Origin: Myxococcota bacterium
GTDB lineage: Bacteria > Myxococcota_A > UBA9160 > SMWR01
Reading direction: 5' to 3'
Length of the DNA: 64,000 bases
Assembly: GCA_036274295.1 (NCBI GenBank)
Contig: DASUFZ010000341.1
Span: 2,857 to 66,856 of the forward strand
The notes beneath the pieces are model-generated. The model ran no database searches. It was not told the DNA's origin and was given only the letters and a program-made list of their open reading frames with translations. The translations under genes and the position numbers were made by a program. This document shows, one piece after another, positions 9,552 through 17,630 of the stretch (positions within the stretch are counted from its first letter, which is position 1; each line of letters starts with the position of its first letter).

Positions 9552-12446
9552 CTACTCGAACCAGTAGCTCGCGCGCCGCGCCTGCACGCGCGCGTCGTGC
9601 TGCGCGAGCTCGTCGGCCATGGCCAGCGCGACCGGCGTGTCGCGCAGCTCCGGCCCGAGCCCTTCGAGCCACGCGCGCAGCTGCTCGCTCTCGAGCTCGA
9701 TGCGGTGGCGCGCCAGATTGCGGACCGACTGGTCGACCGGCTCCGAATCGAGGAGCGGCGCCTCGTTCAGCATCACGCGGATCCACGCCAGGGACGCCGT
9801 CTTGCCGCCGCTCTGCTCGTGCAGGCCCGCCAGCGCGAGCGCGCGGCGCGCCCGGGGCCCGCCCGGTTGCGCGCGGTAGAAACGCTCCTCGGCCATCGCG
9901 ATCTCGATCGGCGAGGCGAAGCGGAAGTTGCTGAGCACGTGCGCGCGCTCGTCCTCGAGATCGGGGAGCGGGAGCGGACCGCCGAAGTAGCGCTGGAGCT
10001 TCGCGTAGGGCGAGAGCGGCAGCGCGTTGAAGGTGAGCTTCGCGAGCGTCGGGCCCTCGTAGCGGCGCGTGAGATAGCGGTCGGGGCCGCCGTAGCTCAG
10101 CAGCGGGACGTCGTCGCGCAGCGGGGGCGCGTCGACGCTGTCGAGCGCCTCCGGGCCCGAGAGCACCAGCGAGAGCATGCCGAGCAGCGAGAACGCCTCG
10201 TGCTGCGCATCCGGCGACCAGCGCCGCCGCCGCCCGCGCATGTGCGGCTCCTGCCGCAGCACCTCGAGGCGCTCCTCCAGCCGCTCGAGCGGGAAGCGCG
10301 GCATCGCTTCGGTCTTCCAGCCGAGGAGCATCACGTCGGTGGCGCTCGTGCGGAAGGCCATGTTGTTCGGGAAGACGCTCGCGAAGGTGGCGATGATCCG
10401 GCGCGCCTCCTCCGGCGTCACGAACTGGAGCGGCAGCCACTGCATGAAGACGCCGTCGTCGCGCAGCACGCGGCGCACGCTCTCGGTGAACTCCAGCGAG
10501 TAGAGCGCGTGCATGCCGTCGTGCGACGGCGGAGACGGCTCGAGCAGCACGGCGTCGTAGCTCGCGTCCGGCGCGCGATCGACGAAGTGGCGGCCGTCGT
10601 CGAGGTGCATCGTCACGCGCGGGTCGAGCCCGATCTCGTAGTTGAACGGCGCGAAGTGGCGGACGGCGAGGTCGACGATCTCCGGCGAGATGTCGACCAC
10701 GTCCATCTGCTCGACCGGGTGCTGGAGCAGCGCGCCGAAGGCCTGGCCCGAGCCGAGCGCGATGCCGAGCACGCGCTTCGGCACGCCCTCGCGCGGGTAG
10801 AAGAGCGCGGGCAGGTGTCCCTGCACGACCTGCGGCGAGATCTCGCCGCGCGTCGCGGTGGCATGGCGCACGCTGCCCGTCGCGAGGGTCAGCTGGTCGC
10901 CGCTCGCGAAGACGCTGGCCGTCGTGACGGGGCCCTCCTCGATCTCGACGACGCGGCCCTCGCGCGACGCGACGGCGGCGGTCAGCTGGCGGACCGGATC
11001 GCCGCGCCCGAGCCACGCCGTCGCCGCGGCGCTCGCGAGCGCCAGGGCGAGCGCCGCGCGCGGCAGTCCGTCGCGGCCCGCCTCGCGCCGGAAGCGCAGC
11101 GCGGCCGCGAGGCCGAGCCCGAGCGAGAGCGCCGCCAGCGCGCGCAAGGTGCCGGCGAGACCGAAGGCCGGGATCAGCGCGTAGCCGACGGCGAAGCCGC
11201 CGGCGCTGCTGCCGAGCGTGTTCCAGAAGAGCAGGCGCGCCGACACGGCGCGCAGCCCCTGCGCGTGCGCCGTCGCGGCGGCGACGAGCGCGGGAAGTCC
11301 CATCCCGAGCAGCACCACCGGCGCGAAGAGCACCGCTGCGATCTCGAGCAGCGGCGACACGAAGATGTCGTCGATCGTCTCGCTGGCGAACTGCCAGGTC
11401 GAGGAGATCTCGAGGGTGCCGACCGGCGGCACGATCTCGTGTCGGAGCGCGGCGAGCTGCCAGCCCCAGAGACAGGCGAAGACGAGGGGCGGCGCCGCGA
11501 GCTGCGCAGCGGCCAGCACCCGCAGCGGGGAGAGCCCGCGCCGCAGCAGCGCCGAGAGGAGCAGGCTGCCGGCGGCGAGCGCGGCGAGATAGGTCGCGAG
11601 GAGGAGTGCGGTGACGTGCACGTTGCCCGTCGCGATCAAGGCGAACCAGCGCGCCCACGCGATCTGGTAGCCGATCGCCGCCAGGCCCGAGACGAAGCTC
11701 GCGACGAGGTAGAAGCGCGAAGTCGAAGGGCGCGCCGCCTCGCCGTCGCGGTGCAGCGGCGCGCGGCGCCCGAAGGCCGCGAGCGCCGCCGCGCCGACGG
11801 CCAGGTTCGCGAGCGCGGCGACGCGGCTGCTGCCGTTCATGCCGAGCACGGGGATCGCGAAGTAGCTGGTGGCGAGCACGCCGGCGACGGCGCCGAGGAT
11901 GTTGATCCCGTAGAGGAGCGACGTGAACGCGCCGACCTCGCGATCGCGCGCGACGAGGCCGTCGAGGAGCAGCGGCAAGGTCGCGCCCATCAGGAAGGTC
12001 GGCGGCAGGAAGAGCACGAACAGCAAGGCGAAGCGCAAGGCGAAGAGCGCCGCCGCGGACGCCGACGCGAGGTCGTAGAGCGCGCCATAGGCGTGCTCGA
12101 GCACGGCGAAGGCCAGCGGGAACGCGAGCGCGAAGACGCCGATGCCGATCTCGAACACGCCGTAGAGCGCGAGCGGCGAGCGCGAGGGACTTCGCAGCCA
12201 GCGCCCGATCGCCGCGCTGCCGAGCGCCATGCCGAGGAAGAAGCTCGTCAGCACCGTCGCGAGCGCGATCTGCGAGGCGCCGACGACGAGCGCCGCCTTG
12301 CGCACCCACACGAGCTGGTAGCCGAGCCCGAGCGCTCCCGAGACGAAGAAGAGGGCGCAGGCGAGCGTGCGATCCGCGCCGCGAGGCAGCGGGGAGGATG
12401 CGGTCTCTCCCGGGGCAGCCTCGCTCACGGCCCGGGTGTCTAGCAC
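9552..12446 (-). CDS. fused polytopic membrane domain / spermidine-synthase-like protein with a long C-terminal helical extension
   Basis: C-terminal ~964 codons of ORF 9552..13970. About 12 or more TM segments, then the class I MTase/spermidine-synthase motif VLGIALGSGQAFGALL...VVDISPEIVDLA...DAVLLEPSPP, then ~330 aa more. Start is GTG 12446 (overlaps the upstream stop) or GTG 12428. Confidence 0.8.
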   Translation of the reverse strand: MLDTRAVSEAAPGETASSPLPRGADRTLACALFFVSGALGLGYQLVWVRKAALVVGASQIALATVLTSFFLGMALGSAAIGRWLRSPSRSPLALYGVFEIGIGVFALAFPLAFAVLEHAYGALYDLASASAAALFALRFALLFVLFLPPTFLMGATLPLLLDGLVARDREVGAFTSLLYGINILGAVAGVLATSYFAIPVLGMNGSSRVAALANLAVGAAALAAFGRRAPLHRDGEAARPSTSRFYLVASFVSGLAAIGYQIAWARWFALIATGNVHVTALLLATYLAALAAGSLLLSALLRRGLSPLRVLAAAQLAAPPLVFACLWGWQLAALRHEIVPPVGTLEISSTWQFASETIDDIFVSPLLEIAAVLFAPVVLLGMGLPALVAAATAHAQGLRAVSARLLFWNTLGSSAGGFAVGYALIPAFGLAGTLRALAALSLGLGLAAALRFRREAGRDGLPRAALALALASAAATAWLGRGDPVRQLTAAVASREGRVVEIEEGPVTTASVFASGDQLTLATGSVRHATATRGEISPQVVQGHLPALFYPREGVPKRVLGIALGSGQAFGALLQHPVEQMDVVDISPEIVDLAVRHFAPFNYEIGLDPRVTMHLDDGRHFVDRAPDASYDAVLLEPSPPSHDGMHALYSLEFTESVRRVLRDDGVFMQWLPLQFVTPEEARRIIATFASVFPNNMAFRTSATDVMLLGWKTEAMPRFPLERLEERLEVLRQEPHMRGRRRRWSPDAQHEAFSLLGMLSLVLSGPEALDSVDAPPLRDDVPLLSYGGPDRYLTRRYEGPTLAKLTFNALPLSPYAKLQRYFGGPLPLPDLEDERAHVLSNFRFASPIEIAMAEERFYRAQPGGPRARRALALAGLHEQSGGKTASLAWIRVMLNEAPLLDSEPVDQSVRNLARHRIELESEQLRAWLEGLGPELRDTPVALAMADELAQHDARVQARRASYWFE

Positions 12447-13123
12447 GTCCGGGCGGCGCGAACCGAAGCGGGCCGCGCCAGGGTGACCGCGTGCCGCAGC
12501 GCGCCGCGCGATTGCGCGCGCCGGCTGCGAAAGCCCGCGCTGCGGAGCCGCTTCTCGAAGCGCGGATCGGGCCGCTCCGACCAGACGGCGAGCACGCCCT
12601 CGGCGGCGAGCGCCTCGCGCAAGGTCGAGAGCCCCCGGCTGCCGAAGACGGGATCGTCGTCGCCGCCGGGCCCCTCGTAGAGATCGAGCAGGATCGCGTC
12701 GTAGCGCGGCGACTCGCCCCGCGCCGCGCGCGCGAGCGTGTGGGACACGTCTTCGTTGCGCACGCGCACGCGCGGATCGCCCTGGGCGTCGCCGGTCAGC
12801 GCGGCGAGCGGACCGCGGCACCAGGCGACGACGGCGGCCTCGAGCTCGGAGACGTCGACGCGCGCGCCGCGCGGCAGCCGGTCGAGCGCGGCGCGCAGGC
12901 TGTATCCCATGCCGAGACCGGCCACGAGCACGTGAGGCCGTTTGCGCGGCCCGAGCTCCGCGCAGGCCGCCTCCGCGAGCAGGCTCTCGGAGCGGTGCGC
13001 CGCGCTCGTCATGATCACGCGGCCGTCGAGCGCGATCAGGAAGTCGGACGCGCCGCGGCGGCGCAGGCACAGCTCGCCGCGCGGCGTGGCGACGCATTCG
13101 AGCGTCGTCCAGGGACGCGTCAT
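12440..13123 (-). CDS. soluble spermidine-synthase-like SAM-dependent transferase
   Basis: 227 aa with HVLVAGLGMGYSLRAAL...VDVSELEAAVV...YDAILLDLYEGP, a spermine/spermidine synthase-like fold. Confidence 0.7.
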   Translation of the reverse strand: MTRPWTTLECVATPRGELCLRRRGASDFLIALDGRVIMTSAAHRSESLLAEAACAELGPRKRPHVLVAGLGMGYSLRAALDRLPRGARVDVSELEAAVVAWCRGPLAALTGDAQGDPRVRVRNEDVSHTLARAARGESPRYDAILLDLYEGPGGDDDPVFGSRGLSTLREALAAEGVLAVWSERPDPRFEKRLRSAGFRSRRAQSRGALRHAVTLARPASVRAARTC

Positions 13124-13138
13124 CGGAGGCGTGGGCCC

Positions 13139-13912
13139 TTATCGAGCCTTCCAGTTCGGCGGGCGCTTCTCCGCGAAGGCGCGCGGACCCTCGATGAAGT
13201 CCTCGCTCTTCACCATGCGGATCACCTCGTCGTAGCGCGCGGACATCGCCTCCTCGAGCGGGCGGTCCAGGCCGTCGTAGGCCGACTGCTTGGAGGCGCG
13301 CACCGAGAGCGGCGCGCACTCGAGGATCTGCGCGGCCCAGCGCTTCGCGGCGCTCATCAGCTCGGCCTGCGGCACGACCTCGTTGACGAAGCCGAGCGCC
13401 ATGCCCTCGCGCGCCGAGACGCGGCGCCCGGTCAGCAGCATGCCCATCGCGTGCTTCAGCGGGATCGCGCGCGGCAGCCGGTGCATGCCGCCAGCGAGCG
13501 CGGCGAGCCCGACGCGCGGCTCGGGCAGGGCGAAGACCGCGTTCTCCGACGCGATGATGAGATCGCACGCCAGCGCGATCTCGAAGCCGCCGCCCATGGC
13601 GACGCCGTTCACCGCCGCGATCAGCGGCTTCGGGTTGTCGAAGCGCGACGTGATGCCGGCGAAGCCCTTCGGATTGATGTCGAGCCTGCCGCCGGACTTC
13701 GCGGTGAACTTGAGATCGTTGCCCGCGCTGAAGGCGCGCTCGCCGGCGCCGGTGAGGATCGCGACCCACAGTTCGGGATCGGCGACGAAATCGTCGAAGA
13801 TCTTCTCGAGCTCGAAGTTCGCGGGCGGATGCAGCGAGTTCATCACCTCGGGACGGTTCAGGGTGACGACGAGCAGGTGCCCTTCGCGCGACGTCGTGCA
13901 GAACTCCGGCAT
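13139..13912 (-). CDS. enoyl-CoA hydratase/isomerase (crotonase) family protein
   Basis: Start at ATG 13912 (MPEFCTTSREGHLLVVTLNRPEVMNSL) with AAGGAGA 6 nt upstream. Crotonase motifs FSAGNDLK and AAVNGVAMGGGFEIALACD. Confidence 0.9.
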   Translation of the reverse strand: MPEFCTTSREGHLLVVTLNRPEVMNSLHPPANFELEKIFDDFVADPELWVAILTGAGERAFSAGNDLKFTAKSGGRLDINPKGFAGITSRFDNPKPLIAAVNGVAMGGGFEIALACDLIIASENAVFALPEPRVGLAALAGGMHRLPRAIPLKHAMGMLLTGRRVSAREGMALGFVNEVVPQAELMSAAKRWAAQILECAPLSVRASKQSAYDGLDRPLEEAMSARYDEVIRMVKSEDFIEGPRAFAEKRPPNWKAR

Positions 13913-13968
13913 GGCGGATCTCCTTTGCTGCGCACGAGAGTACACTGGCCGCAGCCTCGGAGGCCCCC

Positions 13969-15114
13969 ATGCCCTACGAAGTCGTCCGCTTCCCGTACGA
14001 CGGCACCGTCGACGCCGACGGCCACGTGCTCGAGCCGGCCTGGCTCTGGAGCGAGTACCTGGAGGAGCGCTACCGCGACCGCGCGCTCCGCATCCGCACC
14101 GACGACGAAGGGCTCGAGTATCTCGAGCTCGACGGGCGCGCCTCGGAGCGCACGACGAAGGGCGTGCTGGGACTCCTCGGCGCCATGGGCGATCTGGAGG
14201 CGAAGCGCGGGCCCGAGCGCCGCTACATGGACCACATCCCCTACGGCGGCGGCGACGCCAAGGAGCGCATCGCGCTGCTCGCGCGCGAGAACCTCGACCT
14301 CACCGTGCTGTATCCGACGCTCGGACTGCTGTGGGAGTGCGAGGTGACGGACCCGGAGCTGACGATCGCCTATCAACGCGCCTACAACCGCTGGATCGCG
14401 GACTTCTGCCGCGATTCCGGCGGCAAGCTCGTGCCCGTCGCGCACCTCACGCTCGCCGATCCGGAGGCCGCCGCGCAGGAGCTGCGGCGCGCCGTCGCCG
14501 ATGGGTGTCGCGGCGGCTGGGTCGCGCCCTTCACGCACACGCGCAAGCCGCACGGCCACCCGGATCACGACGTGCTCTTCCGCACCGCCGTCCTGCTCGA
14601 CGTGCCGCTCGCGATCCACCCGACCTACGAGCCGACGTGGGCGATCCCTGCGCGCTTCAAGTTCATGGGCCGCGAGCGCGAGTACTTCTACAACGTGATG
14701 GGCAAGCAGGGCTCGCAGCAGGCGTTCCTCTCGTTCTTCACGATGGGCACCCTGGAGCGCTTCCCCGCGCTGCGCCTCGGCGTCCTCGAGGTCGGCTGCG
14801 GCTGGATCGGATCCTTCCTCGACCGCATGGACGCCGTCTACGAGACGATCTCGGCCAAGGGCCTGCCCTTGCGCATGCCGCCCTCCGAGTACTTTCGCCG
14901 CCAGTGCTTCATCTCGGGCGATCCCGACGAGAAGGCGGCGCCCTACATCATCGATCCCGTCGGCGCGGACTGCTTCATGTGGGCGACCGACTACCCGCAC
15001 CCCGATCACCCCGGCACGTGGGCGCGCTCGCTCGAGCGCTTCGTGGCGCCGCTCTCGGCGGCGACGCGCAAGAAGGTGCTCGGCGAGAACGTGCGGCGGA
15101 TCTACAAGCTCTAG
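13969..15114 (+). CDS. amidohydrolase-2 family metal-dependent hydrolase
   Basis: 381 aa with VDADGHVLEP...WATDYPHPDH. Paralogous in type to 3463..4644. GGAGG lies upstream of the ATG. Confidence 0.85.
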   Translation: MPYEVVRFPYDGTVDADGHVLEPAWLWSEYLEERYRDRALRIRTDDEGLEYLELDGRASERTTKGVLGLLGAMGDLEAKRGPERRYMDHIPYGGGDAKERIALLARENLDLTVLYPTLGLLWECEVTDPELTIAYQRAYNRWIADFCRDSGGKLVPVAHLTLADPEAAAQELRRAVADGCRGGWVAPFTHTRKPHGHPDHDVLFRTAVLLDVPLAIHPTYEPTWAIPARFKFMGREREYFYNVMGKQGSQQAFLSFFTMGTLERFPALRLGVLEVGCGWIGSFLDRMDAVYETISAKGLPLRMPPSEYFRRQCFISGDPDEKAAPYIIDPVGADCFMWATDYPHPDHPGTWARSLERFVAPLSAATRKKVLGENVRRIYKL

Positions 15115-15165
15115 CAAGCGCCGCGAAGCGGCGCGCGCAGCGAGCCGCAGGCGAGCGAAGTTCGG
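15115..15165 (+). repeat. dispersed double-hairpin repeat, copy A
   Basis: CAAGCG, then hairpin GCGCCGC-GAA-GCGGCGC, then core GCGCAGCGAGCCGCAGGCGAGCGAAG (15135..15160). Starts right after the amidohydrolase TAG. Confidence 0.7.
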
Positions 15166-15175
15166 AAAACAGAAT

Positions 15176-15496
15176 TCACCCAAACCCCGCCAGCCAGTCG
15201 CCCGCCACCGCGTGCAAGCGCTCGCGCTCGAGCACGTAGAAGCGCTCGCGCCCCTCCTGCTCGACCGACACGAGCCCCGCGTCCTCCAGCACGCGCAGGT
15301 GACGCGTCGTCGTCGGCCAGGAGCAGGCGAAGCGGCTCGCGATGTCGCCCGCCTTCACGCGATCGCCGCGCGCGTGCAGCACCACCAGGATGTGGCGCCG
15401 GCTGGCGTGCGCGAGCGCCGCGAAGACGGCGTCCTGCGCCTCGAGCTCGGCGAGGCCGTCGCGCGCGCGCGTTGCGCCCTTCTCTCGACGCTTCAC
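15176..15496 (-). CDS. ArsR/SmtB-family transcriptional regulator
   Basis: 106 aa. FAALAHASRRHILVVL...GDIASRFACSWPTTTRHLRVLEDAGLV is the winged-HTH of the ArsR family. ATGA overlap with the upstream gene. Confidence 0.85.
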   Translation of the reverse strand: MKRREKGATRARDGLAELEAQDAVFAALAHASRRHILVVLHARGDRVKAGDIASRFACSWPTTTRHLRVLEDAGLVSVEQEGRERFYVLERERLHAVAGDWLAGFG

Positions 15497-15831
15497 CAGG
15501 CGAAGCGGACGCGCGCGACGTGCGGGAACTCCATGTTCGGCCGCCCGTCGCGGCTCTCGCAGAGGAGATCCATCGGCTCCCAGATCGCGGCGATCTCGGG
15601 ATGCGAGTGCGCCTTGCCCGCGGCGTCTTCGGACGCCCAGTCGAAGATCTCCCAGAACATGGGCTGCCCGCGCTCGTCCTTGCCGCGGTAGACGCGCGAG
15701 GGGTCGTCCGTGACGAGCCCCAGTCGGCGCAGCGCCGGCCAGTGGCGCTCCAGCAAGACCGTGAAGTCGGGCTCCTTGCCGGACTTCACGCGGTAGTGGC
15801 AGATGACGGTGGCGGGGGACTGCGCGGCCAT
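15493..15831 (-). CDS. small cytoplasmic protein, possibly dimeric alpha/beta-barrel (ABM-like)
   Basis: 112 aa, non-degenerate sequence. AAGGAGGG lies 5 nt upstream of the ATG. First gene of the two-gene ArsR operon. The fold assignment is a guess from size and pattern. Confidence 0.45.
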   Translation of the reverse strand: MAAQSPATVICHYRVKSGKEPDFTVLLERHWPALRRLGLVTDDPSRVYRGKDERGQPMFWEIFDWASEDAAGKAHSHPEIAAIWEPMDLLCESRDGRPNMEFPHVARVRFAW

Positions 15832-15842
15832 GTCGGCCCTCC

Positions 15843-15884
15843 TTAGCGGTTCGGCTAATTATTTTCAGTTAGCCGGCTCGCTAA
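15843..15884. promoter_or_regulatory. twin palindromic operator (TTAGC-N6-GCTAA twice), candidate ArsR-family binding sites
   Basis: TTAGCGGTTCGGCTAA (15843..15858) and TTAGCCGGCTCGCTAA (15869..15884), separated by 10 nt of AT-rich sequence. Located in the 54-bp gap upstream of the ABM-like/ArsR operon. Confidence 0.55.
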
Positions 15885-15889
15885 GTCAA
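15861..15889 (-). promoter_or_regulatory. sigma-70-like promoter of the ABM-like/ArsR operon
   Basis: On the minus strand: TTGACT (15889..15884), a 17-nt spacer, then GAAAAT (15866..15861). The spacer is one operator palindrome and the other covers the 5' UTR/RBS. Confidence 0.45.
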
Positions 15890-16782
15890 GCGCGACCCGT
15901 CAACTGGGCCTGCGCGTGCTCCAGCGCACCGAGGCCGTCCTGCGCCGCCTCGGGCCGCAGCACCTCGATGGGGTCGCGCGTGTCGTCCACGTAGCCGAGC
16001 GCGTAGGCGCCGCGCGCGTAGCCCATGAGGCGCAGCAGCGGCGTCGGCAGGGTGCGCGCGATCTCCGGCGGGCACGAGAGGTACTGGTTCTCCTCCTGGC
16101 GCAGCCACGAGACGGCGTAGGTCAGGTTGATGCCCGTGCGCGTGGCCGCGCTGCGGTTCGCGCCGGCGCCGTGGTAGAGCGCGCCGGTGTAGAGGAGCAC
16201 CGAGCCCGCCTCCATCTCGGCGGGCAGGCTGTCGCGCTCGTGGAGCTGGAGCTTGTCGGCGTAGAGATGGCTGCCGGGGATCACGCGCGTGGCGCCGTTC
16301 TCCTCGGTGAAGTCGGTCAGCGCCCAGATCGTGTTGCACTGCACCTCGTAGCCGTTCGGGAACGGGAAGAAGTCGAAGGCCCACTGATCGCGGTGGATCG
16401 GCTGCGCGGGCTCGCCCGGCCCGATCGAGATGACCTGCGTGAGATGGAGCTGGTGGCTGGTCGCGCGCGCGAGCACGCGCTGCACGGCGCCCTGCACGAG
16501 CGGGTGCAGGACCAGCTCGCGGCAGGCGGGCGAACGCGCGATCAGGCCGCCGGTGCGGCGCGTGCGCCGGCCCGCGAAGTCGTCGCGGCCGGGCTGCGTG
16601 GCGGCGACCCAGGGCGCCAGCTCCTGCTCGAGCCGCGCGCGGGCCGCCGCAGACACGACGCGGTCGACGATCGCGCAGCCGTCGCGCGCGAGCGCCTCCG
16701 CGAGCTTGTCCGGGCTGGTATCCGCTGCGAGGTGCTCGATCATCATTTCGATGTCTCCAGTCCTGGCGCTCGGAGGCGCCAT
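15886..16782 (-). CDS. phytanoyl-CoA dioxygenase (PhyH) family Fe(II)/2-oxoglutarate oxygenase
   Basis: 298 aa with QPIHRDQWAFDF...FTEENGATRVIPGSH...LLYTGALYHGAGANRS, the PhyH-type HxD...H facial triad context. Confidence 0.85.
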   Translation of the reverse strand: MAPPSARTGDIEMMIEHLAADTSPDKLAEALARDGCAIVDRVVSAAARARLEQELAPWVAATQPGRDDFAGRRTRRTGGLIARSPACRELVLHPLVQGAVQRVLARATSHQLHLTQVISIGPGEPAQPIHRDQWAFDFFPFPNGYEVQCNTIWALTDFTEENGATRVIPGSHLYADKLQLHERDSLPAEMEAGSVLLYTGALYHGAGANRSAATRTGINLTYAVSWLRQEENQYLSCPPEIARTLPTPLLRLMGYARGAYALGYVDDTRDPIEVLRPEAAQDGLGALEHAQAQLTGRA

Positions 16783-16796
16783 TCACTTCGAGGCCA

Positions 16797-16841
16797 CTGT
16801 TCGACTTCGCTCGGCTTCCGCCTCGCTGCGCGCTTCGCTTG
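16797..16841 (-). repeat. dispersed double-hairpin repeat, copy B
   Basis: Minus strand after the SDR TAG reads CAAGCGAAGC, then core GCGCAGCGAGGCGGAAGCCGAGCGAAG (16831..16805), then TCGAACAG. Confidence 0.65.
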
Positions 16842-17630
16842 CTAGTCGGGCAGCTCCGGCGTCCAGGCGACGCCGTTGATGTGCCCTCCCCCGTCGGCGT
16901 GGATCGTGTTGCCGGTGACGTAGCGCGCGTCCTCCGAGGCGAGGAACGCCACCACCGGCGCGATGTCCTGCTCGGGATCGCCCATGCGCCCCATCGGGTT
17001 CTGCGCCGTGAGGCGCGCGGCGAGCTCCGGGTTGGCGGCGCGGAAGGCCTCGTACTGCACCGACACCGCCGCGGGGCAGATCGCGTTGGCGCAGATGCCG
17101 TGGCGCGCCCACTCGCGCGCGGCGGTGCGGGTCAGCGCGCGCAGCGCTTCCTTGGCCGTGTTGTACTCGGCCGTATACATGTGCGCGTTGACGCCGTTCA
17201 GCGAGCAGACGTTGACGATGCGCCCCCAGCGCTTCGCGCGCATGTGCGGGAAGGCGGCCTGCATGGCCCAGAAGGCGCTCATCAGCCCGATGCGGAAGCC
17301 GTGCTCCATCAGCGCGTCGGTCTTCTTCTCGAGGCGCTCCGTCGTGCCGCCGCCCCAGGCGTTGTTCACCAGCACGTCGACGCTGCCGAGCACGGTGACC
17401 GCGCGCTCGACCATCGCGAGGACGTCCTCCTTCTTGCCGACGTCGGTGCGCAGGAAGAGCGCCTGACCGCCCTCGGCCTTCAGCTCCTGCGCGCAGCGCG
17501 TGCCGCTCTCGGCGTCGAGCTCGGCCACCACCACCGCGGCGCCCTCGCGCGCCAGCCGGCGCGCGACGCCGCGGCCGATGCCGCGCCCCGCGCCCGTCAC
17601 CACCGCGACCCTGCCGGCGAGCCCGTTCAT
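16842..17630 (-). CDS. short-chain dehydrogenase/reductase (SDR)
   Basis: C-terminal 263 codons of ORF 16842..20249. MNGLAGRVAVVTGAGRGIGRG (TGxxxGxG), NNAW, and YNTAKEAL (YxxxK). ATGA overlap with the upstream stop. Confidence 0.9.
   Translation of the reverse strand: MNGLAGRVAVVTGAGRGIGRGVARRLAREGAAVVVAELDAESGTRCAQELKAEGGQALFLRTDVGKKEDVLAMVERAVTVLGSVDVLVNNAWGGGTTERLEKKTDALMEHGFRIGLMSAFWAMQAAFPHMRAKRWGRIVNVCSLNGVNAHMYTAEYNTAKEALRALTRTAAREWARHGICANAICPAAVSVQYEAFRAANPELAARLTAQNPMGRMGDPEQDIAPVVAFLASEDARYVTGNTIHADGGGHINGVAWTPELPD

Noticed and set aside
8946-12443. 1165-aa plus-strand ORF and the 1095-aa minus-strand ORF 9022..12309
   Set aside because: Both are Arg/Ala/Glu-rich degenerate translations. 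They lie opposite to, or in alternative frames of, the well-supported fused spermidine-synthase-like gene.
12447-13970. N-terminal ~500 codons of listed ORF 9552..13970
   Set aside because: This stretch is degenerate and overlaps, in other frames, two genes with clear family motifs (12440..13123 and 13139..13912). The real gene starts at GTG 12446 or 12428.
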